Positions 25,001-36,201 of a DNA stretch of 64,000 nt are shown piece after piece (positions within the stretch are counted from its first letter, which is position 1; every line of letters starts with the position of its first letter). The notes under the pieces are model-generated. The model ran no database searches and was not told the DNA's origin. It saw only the letters and a list, made by a program, of their open reading frames with translations. The position numbers and the translations under genes were made by a program. This DNA comes from Amoebophrya sp. A120 (taxonomy: Eukaryota > Protista > Dinoflagellata), in the NCBI GenBank assembly GCA_905178155.1, contig CAJINV010000009.1:2333373-2397372 (forward strand), in the 5' to 3' direction.

Positions 25001-27525
25001 CAGAGCGTCACACCGCGGACAGCTCGTCCCACAGCTGTTGCAGTCTGCGTCGAGGTCTCCCTGCATGAAGAACAAGTTTTCGTAGCTCATCTGGTCGCTC
25101 AGGTAGGTTTCCTTCTTGCCCTGGCCAAACTTGTCCACGACGCTGTCCCCCACCCGCACCAAGTAGCTCCCGATCAGCACCGGCGGCTGCGCCATCGTAA
25201 ACATGCTGCGCTCGTCGATCTCCGTTAACAGAACGCCGTGGCCGTTGCACCGCGGGTCCAGGTCGTAGATCGCGGGCGACCCGAACGCAATGCGGGCTTC
25301 CAGCGACGGGATGCGCACCTGGAACCGTGCGGGGACCTCCACGTACCCCGGGTCGTCTTTGGGCAGGCTGCTGATCTCCTGGTTGTGGTCGTACAGCCCG
25401 AGGTTTTGCAACACACGCCAGTAGGGGATCACGTAGTTCACGTTCTCCGCCCCGCCCGTCGCCTTGGCGAAGTTAATCCCAACGATATTGAGAGGAAAAA
25501 TCTCCCCTCCCCATATTGAAAAGGTATGTTTCCAAAAATTTGCGTTGCGCATTTGAGGTCACAAATCACATCTGTCTTGCAAGAAGACAAGGGCAGAAGC
25601 TTCCGCCCCATTATGAAGGCGATTTGTCATGCTGTTGGGCCCAAAGGGGGGACGTTTGCCATGCTGAAATACTAGACCCATACGCCCCTACCTAGCCCGG
25701 GGATCTGACCGCAATGCTTTCCTGCAATACAAATCTGATTTGTGTACTCAGATCCAGCATCAGAAGTTTCGTTTTGATATGGGGAGGGGGGATTTTTCCT
25801 TTTGATAAACGACCTTCTTCTCGCGCTCCAGCAACAAAGGACCGCCGCTGTTCCCCGGCGATATGGAAGCGTCAGGTTTGAAATCGTCAAAGTTGAAATA
25901 GTTTGTCATGCATAAAACGGATACCAGTTAGACCTACAGTTTGTAGTCGGTGCATGACAAGTTTTCCTGGCCTCTGAAGCAAGTCTGTCATGCGGTTTCG
26001 GGCAAGATGGCTGCTCCCTGTCATGCTAGTCAGCAGCCCAATGCTTGACCCTTACCAGCACTCGAATCTGCCTCCCTTGCGCCTTCAGCAATAGAGTCAG
26101 TCTCTGTGTCGCATTTTATGCATGACAAATCACTTCAACTTTGTCGATTTCAACTCTGACACATCCATAGGCGAGATCGGCGCCGTAGACTGGATACAGA
26201 TGTTTCCGTCCACCTCCTGGTTCCCCGCGATTTCGCCGCCCGAGAGCGTGGGCAGGTTCTGGCCCAAGGGGAATCCGACCGCCAGGACTTTCTCGCCCAT
26301 CGGCGGTGTCTTCGACACAAACTGCAGCGGGATCACCTCGATGCTGCCCTCGTCGAGCGCCTGTTTATTTATTGATTTCGTTGCGTGACCTGAGCCTGAC
26401 GCAAATCGTTGCGAGAAGAAACGCCGAGGCGTTCAGTTGTTGTATGTTCGTTGCTACGGTGGGACAAAATGAAAATTTTGCACACTCATACATAAATACT
26501 CGTCCACGTAAAAACAAAGGGACTGGCCATGGATAACTATCTCTCACATATGAGTATTGTTTGAACACAATGTTGACAAATACAAACTACTATACCGCCT
26601 TGAACTTCTCCGGCTTCTCGAACCGCAGCAACGCGATGTCAAACTGCGTGCAGATTTGCACGGTTTTTGCCGGGAAACTCTCCGACGAGAGCACCAAGAG
26701 CTGGAGTTCCACTTTCAGGGCGTTCGATACCACGTGCGCGTTCGTAATGATCAAGGGATCAAACGTATCGGACGCAAGGTTGGTCCGCACCAGAAAGCCG
26801 GAACCGAGGGACACCCCGCTCTCCGGCGGCTTCGAGGGCTGCAAGAAATCGTTCTGTGGAGACACCGACTTGATCCGGAAAACGGAATACTTCAATTCGT
26901 CGTTGTCAAAGCCAAACGTGTTGGCGTCCTGGGCGTGGCTGGTCCCCTGGTGCAGCAGTTTGACATCGGATTTTTGCTCCTGCTGCTGCTCGTCTGCGGA
27001 CGCAGATGAATCCTCATCAAACTGCAGCTCGGACTCGGGCGGCCCGGGACCAAGCAGGCTCCGCTTCCCCGCGACATGCTGTCGTGTCTCTCCCTGGATC
27101 AGTTTTCGCGCGATCGCGTCGCCGGTCGACCGGTGAATGGCGGCGTTCGTGTCGGCCCAGGAGTCATTCCGCGAATTGTCCAGAACCAGCTCGGAAATAT
27201 TTTTCGTGTCCTCTTGTTGTTGGCTGCTTGTTACGCTTTCTTCGGTGGAGGTCCGAATTTGAAGAAATAGCGTTGTTGTGGTGGGCAGCTGTTGGTCCAG
27301 TTTTTCCTCCGTGTCTTGGTCATCAGAGACAAAGGGAAGTTCCTCCTGTGGGAACAAGGATGTTGTCACGCCGTGACTCTCGGGCGCGGTTGTGCTTTGC
27401 AGCTCGAGGCGATTGGCATTCTGGGGAGGTCGGGGAGGGGGTCCGGAGAAGGCCAATATCGCCTCCGCAGACCATACTGCCGCCGAGAACGACCACGGCA
27501 CTCCTCCTCGAGCCGTCCTCACCAT
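22096..27525 (-). CDS. Secreted HtrA/Deg-like trypsin-fold serine protease with a long repetitive C-terminal extension, multi-exon
   Basis: Catalytic triad motifs GSGFLV..ITNAHVV, FDIALL and TAPISPGNSGGP (the last is rebuilt only after removing 25862-26169), plus AVGFPLG and VVGINFA. Joining the 3' exons (about 24660-24260, 24160-23830, 23699-22096) to the same gene is inference. Confidence 0.8.
25486..25807. mobile_element. Introner/MITE family C, 322 bp
   Basis: tattgagaggaaaaatctcccctccccatatt ... gatatggggaggggggatttttccttttgata. TSD AACGA at 25481-25485 and 25808-25812. Removal gives EKKVV-GINFAK. Confidence 0.93.
25862..26169. mobile_element. Introner/MITE family A, 308 bp
   Basis: tatggaagcgtcaggtttgaaatcg ... 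cgatttcaactctgacacatccata. TSD GGCGA at 25857-25861 and 26170-26174. Removal gives TAPISP-GNSGGP. Confidence 0.94.
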
Positions 27526-28957
27526 CGAAGGCTTTATTTTTCAACGCTATAGTCTTGTCATCTTTTCTCGGACTGTCCTAGATGAAGATTCGATTGAAGC
27601 AAAAGAGGTGCACTTGCAGCTCGTTAATGCTGTCACGCCACGTGCAGCAAATCGGATAATTATTCAATCGAGCCGATTTGGCATGAAATTTTCGAAATTA
27701 GAGCTACGTACTACGACGAGGCGATGCGATTAGTAGAAAAATGAAACTTTGTGGTTTGGGCAACGTGATCTCTTCTCGATATCGCGTTTCGGTGCTCGAC
27801 GACTGAATGTGCTTGTACTCATGCATATGCTTCTGCCAGAGCAGCAGCAGTAGTTCTACTTCTTGCGATAATTGCAACATTGCATCGGGGATCACTTTGA
27901 CAGTGTTGGCAGAACATCTTCATCCTCGATGTCAGGACACTAGCCGTCTCCGCTCAGGAGCCAGACACCAGGAGCACGGGCAATAAATTGCTGCTCTTTA
28001 TTCTATTTTCGTGTCGTCTTTTTCTTTGGCTCTTATTCTGATGCTGATTCTAATGGGACGTTAGTTCTCAACCATCTTACAAGCCCACCCACGGTCTTGG
28101 TATACGTCTATTTGCCCCTTACGAGATCCCAAGCCGCGGATCAATAATGGAGAACAAGAATAAACGAGGAAGATCGAAGCGGGCGAAGCGAAAAAAGTTC
28201 ACGATGAAAATGTGCTTTTTAAACCAATCATCAATCTATGTAACATGGACATGGTGCTTGTTTTACTACATTTCTCGGCTGGTGCTCGACATCGACACAT
28301 AGGCACCACACGCCGGACGGGAGGAAGAAATTCATTCATTAAAAACTCGAAAGAAAGAAAAACAGAAAAGTCAAAGCTTCGAATTTTTTGGAATTGAAAT
28401 ACGTACACGTCGTCTGTTGGGAGACACCCTCGCAGCACAGCAAATGATCGATGAAGTTGCATTTTTTCTATCGATAATCTGGATTGCTTTAATGACTGTC
28501 GGGACCATCTCCTGGGAATCAGTAGAAGTATAGGCTCACCATGTTGCATGCAAATCCAAATTCACAATTGTTTACATTATTCCACACACAGCGGACATTT
28601 TTGTGGCCTTCTCCTCTCGCTGCTGCCGCTTCAGCGCCTCATATCGCGTCTCGTGTTTGTTTGCCTTCGCGCCACTGCTCCCGCCAGAAAGGTTACTTTC
28701 GAAGGACACACTGCGACTAAACACTCGGCTGTGCGAATTGTCGGAGGGAATGTTGCTGTTCGAATCGACGGCCGAAGTAGACGTTGCGTGCCTGTGCGTT
28801 TGCGTGATTCAACTACTTACCACACTAGAAACCTTGTGCTTTTGTGACACGACAGAATAGATTCCTTGATACTTTTGGATAAACATGGTGCGCGCATTTT
28901 TCAAACGCAGCAGAAAAAAAATCGCCCTCCTGTTCACGCATTTTACTTATTTGAGAA

Positions 28958-29743
28958 TCAACATAAATTTGCGTACGTGCTGCCTTCCTCGGTTGGACTA
29001 TCCCGTCCTGAAGAGGACCCGGTTGATGTGGTTCGCTGCAGCTCTCCTCCTGTTGTAGTTCCGTCCGGGAGGTCCGCTGGCGGGTACACGTCGTCACGAC
29101 CGTGCGCCTCGGAAGCGGGAGCAATGGCAGTCCTACTGTTGCTTCTCTTCCTCCCTGGTCGCGCGCCCTTCGCTCGTTTCCAGCCGAAGATAAGTCTAGC
29201 CCGAAAGGAGGTCCAACTTGCCGCTTTGGAGGTAGCTGTATCGCTATGATTACCGGGCCGTTCTTCACCTCGGTTTAGCTTCTCCAGGCTGCGCGTCCGG
29301 CGCATGAGGAGCTTGTGTGCCGGAATCGGTGGGCCCGTTGGGGATTTCTGCAGGTAGACATTGGTTTCGGGCGACCCCGGCGCGAAACTGACGGACTTCA
29401 TGCGCCGCGGGGGTGCGGGGGTATGGCTTTCGTCAACATCATCTTGTCTTCCCCTGCAGCGCTTCTTGCTTTTGCTATCTCCCTGTCCGCTGTTTTTCAA
29501 AGCTTTTTTCACGATCGGCAGCAGCTCGTCCGGTTCGCTGGTCCGACTTCGGCGCATCATGGCAGACGGACGGGGAGGTGGGGCATTCGCATTGTCCCTA
29601 TCTTCCGCGTCTCGTGCCTTCTTGTTCGTTGATGCGCGACTTCCCTTGGTCGGGTTTCGAGCCTTGGCGGCGCCCATTTGGCTTTCCTGTGACAAACTGC
29701 GCCGCAATTCCCGTCGGACCTTTTTTCGATATCCATATCGCAC
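28958..29743 (-). CDS. Basic low-complexity hypothetical protein exon; probably continues in flanking exons such as 29815-30108
   Basis: 261-aa open frame rich in R/K/S, flanked by intron-like sequence; no domain recognised. Confidence 0.4.
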   Translation of the reverse strand: MRYGYRKKVRRELRRSLSQESQMGAAKARNPTKGSRASTNKKARDAEDRDNANAPPPRPSAMMRRSRTSEPDELLPIVKKALKNSGQGDSKSKKRCRGRQDDVDESHTPAPPRRMKSVSFAPGSPETNVYLQKSPTGPPIPAHKLLMRRTRSLEKLNRGEERPGNHSDTATSKAASWTSFRARLIFGWKRAKGARPGRKRSNSRTAIAPASEAHGRDDVYPPADLPDGTTTGGELQRTTSTGSSSGRDSPTEEGSTYANLC

Positions 29744-31359
29744 TTCTTAGGAACACAAGAAAAATTAATAACATTTATCGATGCTACTTCATAAATCAAT
29801 GTCAAAACTTAGTGCTAGCGCGGTGTGTATTGGTACCTACTGTAAGTACTTACCTCGGTCAGCAATTTGCTGTCTGCCCGGTTGAAACAATAACTCCCGT
29901 CGAATTTCTTTTTGTTGATCTTCATGTTGTCCAGCTGTATCTCACGCAGGCTAAAGCGCGCCGCCTGAACCATTTTGAGTGGCGGCGGAGGGTCCCTCGG
30001 GTTTGGCGTGGAACTACAAGGACGAGTGGTGATGCAAATTCTGCTTCGTGCGGATGGAAAAGTTTTGGTATTGGCCGGTCGACGCGTGAAGAAAACTTTG
30101 GCTATCAAATGTGTAGTCCTCGCAAAAAAGAGTGTAGATTTTCAGGTAGTAGATTCACACACGGTATGGTGTTGTCGTGATGTTAACTCTGTGGATGTCA
30201 GGTGGAGTGGCTTTCGGTGTAGAAAATTGTACTCTGATGGATGGATCCGCGTGTCGTCGAAGCTCCCAGAAAAAAACCGTCGCAGGACAAAAAACGCGGA
30301 ATTGTTATCGTGTGGGAAGGCAAGCCGGAATTTACATCTGTCGGCGCTGGCGAAGTATGTTTGACATGTAGATGAAGAGGTACTACAGCTGCGTTCTTGG
30401 ATTCATCGACGTCGGCGGTGACAGTGCTTCAACACGGAGGTGCACACGAGCGACAAATCATTTTGCGGTAACTACCACAAGCAAGAGAATGTCGTCTCGA
30501 TAATTGTGACTACGCGTGGAGGCTGAAAACGCGCCGCGCGGTGAAGATGAAAATCCAACACATAGTCTCGTTCTTTTGAACATCATCGTAATGAGCGATC
30601 ACTCAGAAGATGATAGAAACAACGGAGAAATCATTCGTGCCTTTCTATTTGGTGTGCAGCGCCAGCTCAACTCTTTCACTCTCGGCAGTCCCCTCCCAGC
30701 TCTCTCACTATGTATTACAGTAAGAGTTCGTACTTGTACTTCATACATAGTATCATCTGAGTACCGGCTTGCCCTTGTTTTTTGGGCGTTGCCATCATTT
30801 ATCTTTATGCTTGATCTCGTTGTGTCTGAAACCACAACCACAAAAGCACGCCAGCACACAAGCCTAGCTGCGTATTTTCTGATGTACCTGCTCCGCCGTC
30901 GAACCATCCCCGGCATCTCTTATCTTCTTTAGTTTTTTTTCTCTTGTGCGGAGCTGTCACTACTTCTCTGCGACCGTGTTAAAACAAGTTGTTGGTTGAT
31001 ATTATGCAACGTCGTGTGTCACTCGTTTTCGTTTTTAATTTTACCACAATGTCAACACCTGCATGTCTTTATCTCATCACATTCTTTTTGCGATCCTAAC
31101 TCCTCGCCTTCCTTATCCTGTGCAGTATGTGCGGCGGATGGAGGTAAAAAGACCAGCGAATTAGCACGTGAGCAAAAGAAAGACGGGATTATTATCCACA
31201 ACACCACCAGAGTCTGGAGTTCACAAATCTGGCATCATGCTACTTTTCATCTTAAACGGAGCCACCCTGTTGTAATATCCCATTGCATTTGACGAGGGGG
31301 GATAGACAGTCCGAAAACAAGCGTCGTTGTATGTAAGTAAAATTCTGCGCGCAGCACAG

Positions 31360-33132
31360 TCACACATTTTCGTTCTTCACGTCCGCCGGCGCAATGTCGA
31401 TCGCGGCGGCAGCGACGGTGCGTCGGAGTAACAGCTCTTGTCGCTTCAGCCTGATTTCCTTGGACCAGTCCAGGAAGCACGAAAAGTAAAACAGGTAGAA
31501 GGACAAATACAGCAGATACGCAATCGCTTGCGACCAGTACACGAGCGGGAACGCCGCATCCACGTGATCATCGTCGCTCGCTTGTCCGGTCAGCCGCAAG
31601 ACGCCGGCAAACATCTGCGCGTTTGACACAACGTACCACACAAACGGGACCTGCACCACCCAGCTGCTGGTCAGGGACACGCAGAAGAGCAAGCGGTTTT
31701 TCTGCAGCGTGACCAGGACCTCTTCGCAGAACAGCGCTAGACATTGGAGCGGCCCCTGTATCGCGAGTGCAAGCCGGATGAGTTCGAACTGCGCGAGAAA
31801 GGCGGGGTCCTCGGAGAAGAAGGCCGCGATGCACGGGCAGAAAGCGTAGACACAGATCCCCTTGAAGACGACGAAGAGAAACTCCAAGCCCATGGACTGG
31901 CGGAACACCTGGCGCGCGCCCGGCTCGCTCAGACTGCCGAGCGCCACGGCGAGAAAGCGCGACGCGCCGGTCGCGAGGGCGTAGGTGCAGCTGGTCAAGC
32001 CCAGGGTGACGGCCAGCGTGGACTTGAAGACCGAGAGACTTGTGGTCCCCGTATTTTTCGCGACCACCGCGGAGAGAAAGGAAAGCCGCAAAAAGTCGCT
32101 CGCTAACGCGGCCTGGCTCGGGAGAAATCGGCGGAAGTACTCGCCCAGGTACTTTTGGCTCCATATTTTGGAGAAAACCCCACAGGGGGAGAAGTTGAGG
32201 CATTTCCTGTGCCATTTCTTCCAGCCGCAGTAGTAGCCCAGCACGAAAAAGCAGGTGATCCAATTCACCGCAGACCACACGACGGGAACCGCGTAGAACC
32301 CAAACCCGCCAATCGGAATGGAATGGTCGATGGTTTTTGTTGGTACCACCACGCCCGCAACTCCGTCGGTGTTTACACTTGCAAGCGGGCCGCCAATCTT
32401 GGCCGTCATCGTGGTCGAGTAGTCGTACGTATCCCCGAGGGGAATGCCAAAGATGAACTGGCTGCCGAGCGAGACGAGACAGAAGACCGCGAGGCACAGC
32501 GCCGTGACGCCCGGCTCGGTTTCTCCCTGGGCCGCGAAGAAGTTGATGAATTCCAAAAAGTACGTCGTGGCCGGGAGTGCCCAGGACATGCGACTCTGGT
32601 AGTAGCCCCCGAGCTCGGCGAGGCTGGGCTCGACGTCGAACACGGATTCCAGCATGAAGGTAACGCTGTTGAACAGGATCAGCACCGGAATCAAAACGAT
32701 CGTCAACGCCACACAGCTGGTGTACAGCCAGAGTCCGACTTCTCTAAACTTTCCCGCCCCGTAGGCGAGCGCCATGAAGTTCCGGCTCACGCGCGACTGG
32801 AGACAGATCCCGGCCGTGTTGGTCACGATATCCCCGAGCGCGGACGCTCCGAGGTAGAGTACGCCGCAATGCCCAAGGTAGGCGGTCTGGAGCACAATCA
32901 GGATGTTCGTCGCCACCAGTCGGATCAGCACCGGAACGGAAAAGGAGACGATAACCTTCCGCAGCTCTCCCGGCTCCTCCGGGACCCTCTCTTCCGTCTC
33001 GGCATCGACCTGATCAAGCGGAGGGTGCAAGGTCGTCGCTGTAGCTGCGGAGCTTTTGTCGGGACTGGTACCGCCACTCTTGTTGTCCTCCAGCAGAGGA
33101 TCGGAGAGCAAAGTGCGCTGAGTCATAGTCAT
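31360..33132 (-). CDS. MATE-family multi-pass transporter
   Basis: Intronless ORF with about 12 hydrophobic segments. ELRKVIVSFSVP, YLGHCGVLYLGASALG, MALAYGAGKF, FFAAQG and GGFGFYA follow the eukaryotic MATE pattern. First ATG at 33132. Confidence 0.8.
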   Translation of the reverse strand: MTMTQRTLLSDPLLEDNKSGGTSPDKSSAATATTLHPPLDQVDAETEERVPEEPGELRKVIVSFSVPVLIRLVATNILIVLQTAYLGHCGVLYLGASALGDIVTNTAGICLQSRVSRNFMALAYGAGKFREVGLWLYTSCVALTIVLIPVLILFNSVTFMLESVFDVEPSLAELGGYYQSRMSWALPATTYFLEFINFFAAQGETEPGVTALCLAVFCLVSLGSQFIFGIPLGDTYDYSTTMTAKIGGPLASVNTDGVAGVVVPTKTIDHSIPIGGFGFYAVPVVWSAVNWITCFFVLGYYCGWKKWHRKCLNFSPCGVFSKIWSQKYLGEYFRRFLPSQAALASDFLRLSFLSAVVAKNTGTTSLSVFKSTLAVTLGLTSCTYALATGASRFLAVALGSLSEPGARQVFRQSMGLEFLFVVFKGICVYAFCPCIAAFFSEDPAFLAQFELIRLALAIQGPLQCLALFCEEVLVTLQKNRLLFCVSLTSSWVVQVPFVWYVVSNAQMFAGVLRLTGQASDDDHVDAAFPLVYWSQAIAYLLYLSFYLFYFSCFLDWSKEIRLKRQELLLRRTVAAAAIDIAPADVKNENV

Positions 33133-33690
33133 GATCCTGCCGGGGCTGGAGTCGTGGAATGCTGCTGCTCCCTTCAGGAGAAAGACGTCACATGGATGTA
33201 GCAGTGGGTAGAGGACCACGCTCTTTAAAGTTACATTTTATCTCGATCTCGACTTTGTATCTCAATTTCAATTTCTACCAAGAACTTCCAAATCGCAAAT
33301 ACCGACATTCATATATTTGCATACAAAATGTTGTGAACAAGGAGGAGGTGGAGGTGGCCGCAAATAAAGCTTCTCTTGACCCTCTCGTCAGGTCCCAGTG
33401 AAGAAAATTCCAAACAACTGCGCAAGCGCTACAGAAACGAAGCGGGGGGCCAAGCAAGCCCAAAAAATAGCCACCATGTGCTCCTGAAAAAACCATTGCA
33501 TTGTGTTGTACCGAAAGCGTTGACACACGTCGTGCATCAGCGGAACCAGAAGCAATGTCATCGGATGAACAATACATTGACAGCTGCACATGATAGTCTC
33601 CTCTATGCCATGTTGTCCCCCGCGACGTCCGATGCCAAACGTCATCTCTTGGCTTTTAGTTTTATGCTTGTGCGCGTCATCAATGTCAGG

Positions 33691-35678
33691 GGGTCTCGAA
33701 AGATAAAATATTAAGTTTTCTCTGTTGATATCAATTGATATCAAATGATATCAAAAGATATCACAGAGAAAGTTGAAAGCAAAACAGAGAAAAGTGTAAA
33801 CAAGAAACAGAAACATAAACAGAATGAGAAGAAACAAAAACAAACATAAGCAAAAACATAAAGGATACACATATAAAAACAAACAGAAATGGCTGCTTGC
33901 GCATCACAAACTGCCATTTCTGCACAGAAATACCTGTCGCGGCCTCTGAGTTTTCTCTGTGGCGAGAGGAGTTTTCTCTGTGATACAGAGAAAACTTCCC
34001 TCCCACAGAGAAAAGTCGACCTTTGCCGAGGGCCGGCATTTCTACTGGAAATCAGAGTAGAAACGCCAGGAGGTCTGGAATTCCTACCGAAAATCCAAGA
34101 AGAAGTGCCAGCCTGGCGGAAATCCAGGTAGAAAAAATGCCAGGAGGCCCCCCCCTGGCATTCCTACCGAAAGACCAGGTAGGTAGAAACGCCAGGAGGG
34201 CTGGCAATTCTACTGGAAATCAAGCTAGAAGCGCAAGCGCCATGGCATTCGTGCCAGAGATCGAAGATCCCTACAGGAAATTTAAGTAGAAATGCCAGCA
34301 GGCCTGGCATTCCTACAGGAAATCGAAGCAGAAATACCAGGAGGTCTGGCATTCCTACAGGGAATCCAGGCAGAAATACCACCTCAGCCGGCATTTCTAC
34401 TGGGAATCAAGGCAGAAATGCAAGGCCCAGCATTTCTACTGAGAGAGAATCAAGGTAGGCAGAAAGGCCCGAGCCGGCATCCTCGCCCGGAATCCAGGTA
34501 GAAATGCCTCGGCCGGCATTAGGGTACCCGCATCGCGCGCGCAGCGCGCGCGAAGAATTATTTCGCATGGCCTACGGCGACACAGGCAGCCGCTTTTGCT
34601 TCCTTTGAAGGGCGTGGGTGGGAGCGCGCATGGACATGGGACATGCGCGACAACGCAAATTGCTTCTAATCCTGGAAAGGATTAGACAGGCGCGCGGCGC
34701 GCGCCGGCAAAATTGCAAAACCCAACAGGAGCTCGAAGGAGAAACACTGTACCGGGCCCGGCATTCTTGAAAAGCTCCGCCCTAGCACAAACGGGCCTGC
34801 CCTACCCCTAAGCAACCAGAAACCATATTAACTCGCGCGCGCAGCGCGCGCGGAGTTTTTTCTCGGCTTCCGGCTCCGAATCCGGTTCCCAGACAGTTTT
34901 TGCCGTCCGCCACTTCCCGGGCGGGGCCGTAGCAACAAAAAGCGCGCGAACCTAAAAAAACTTTTGCAACCCAGACGAGAACGAGAAGCGCCCCAAATGG
35001 GAATCCGGGGGGCTTTTTCGTGTTTGATTTTTCTATCGGCAAGAAAAGCCAAGGCGGGGCGGGTAGGCCGGCCCGGCGGACGGAGGGCGGGCCCCAGCAG
35101 AAAAAGTTACCCGCCGAAACCGCGCGCGAAGCGCGCGGACTAATTTTTTCGGCCAATAGCGGCGATGTCCCGGCCCTGCACGCAGGACACACGCAGCCCG
35201 CCAGGAATTTGCGCACGCGCGGGCCTGCGCGCTCGCTGCCACACGCCAGCACGGCGCGCGCCCCCAATAGCCTGAAGGCGCCGCCGCGCGCTTTTGTGGT
35301 TGCACACCCCGGCGAAGCCTAGCGGCCCTGTGGATGCACGTGCGCCGCCTCGGCCAACCCTTCCACAGCACCACACGGACTAGCTTCATTCAAAGGCGTG
35401 AAGGAACTCCGCGCCTACGTATTGAAGCCGCAAAGCAGCCACGGATGCCGCTCGGCGCGGAGTTTTTCCAAAAACAATAAAACGCACGCCGGCCGACCGC
35501 GCGAGGGTAGGCGTGCAGAAGCTGCGCCAGTGTCTCGCGTGCAGGTTAGTTCTGCGACCATGTTCACCGCGGGAAGTTTTCTCTGCACGACGGAAGTTTT
35601 TTATGTGTTGCGAAGTTTTCTCTGTGCGGGTTGGACTTTTCTCTGTCGGTTGATTTTTTATTTTTTTTTTCTAGACCC
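33691..35678. mobile_element. Non-coding 1988-bp TIR element with a 6-bp TSD
   Basis: Ends GGGTCTCGAAAGATAAAATA and TATTTTTTTTTTCTAGACCC. TSD GTCAGG at 33685-33690 and 35679-35684. Subterminal TTTTCTCTG/CAGAGAAA motifs at both ends, an internal GGCATT(T/C)CTAC/GTAGAAATGCC array at about 34030-34520, and a GCGCGC-rich core. Confidence 0.75.
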
Positions 35679-36201
35679 GTCAGGTGGTCAATAAAAACAA
35701 GTCGTAGACTTTCATGGCCCGTGTTCTCTTGGTTTCGCTTGGTCAAGAATTCTTTTACAGGGTGTTATTACTCGTTCGCTCCTGATCTCAGCGGCGCGGC
35801 GTGTTCTTCTGCTTCACATTCCGCTCCAAAAATATGGCTACAGGGACAGGTAAAATGTCATATATGTATCGCGGCAGTACGATAGGAGAGCCTAAACACG
35901 CGAACTGCCCAAAGCGTAACGGAACCTTTAACTGAGTCAATGGTTTCTATCGTCTATGTGTACATCTTCATCAAGGCACACTTCGGCAAAAAAGTGCCCC
36001 TGCCTCGTGGATCGGATTGTAACATCTTCTAGACTTTGTGATATTCGCTGACGCATGTCTTCGAAGGCTGCTTTTAATAGGCATGAGCATACTGAAAAAA
36101 TCTGAAACTCAAGCTGCATGGGGGCAGGAACAGAATGAAAATGCAAATGGTGATGCAAAAAATTAAGTGCTAAGTGCGATGTAGAACGCACTCATATCCT
36201 G

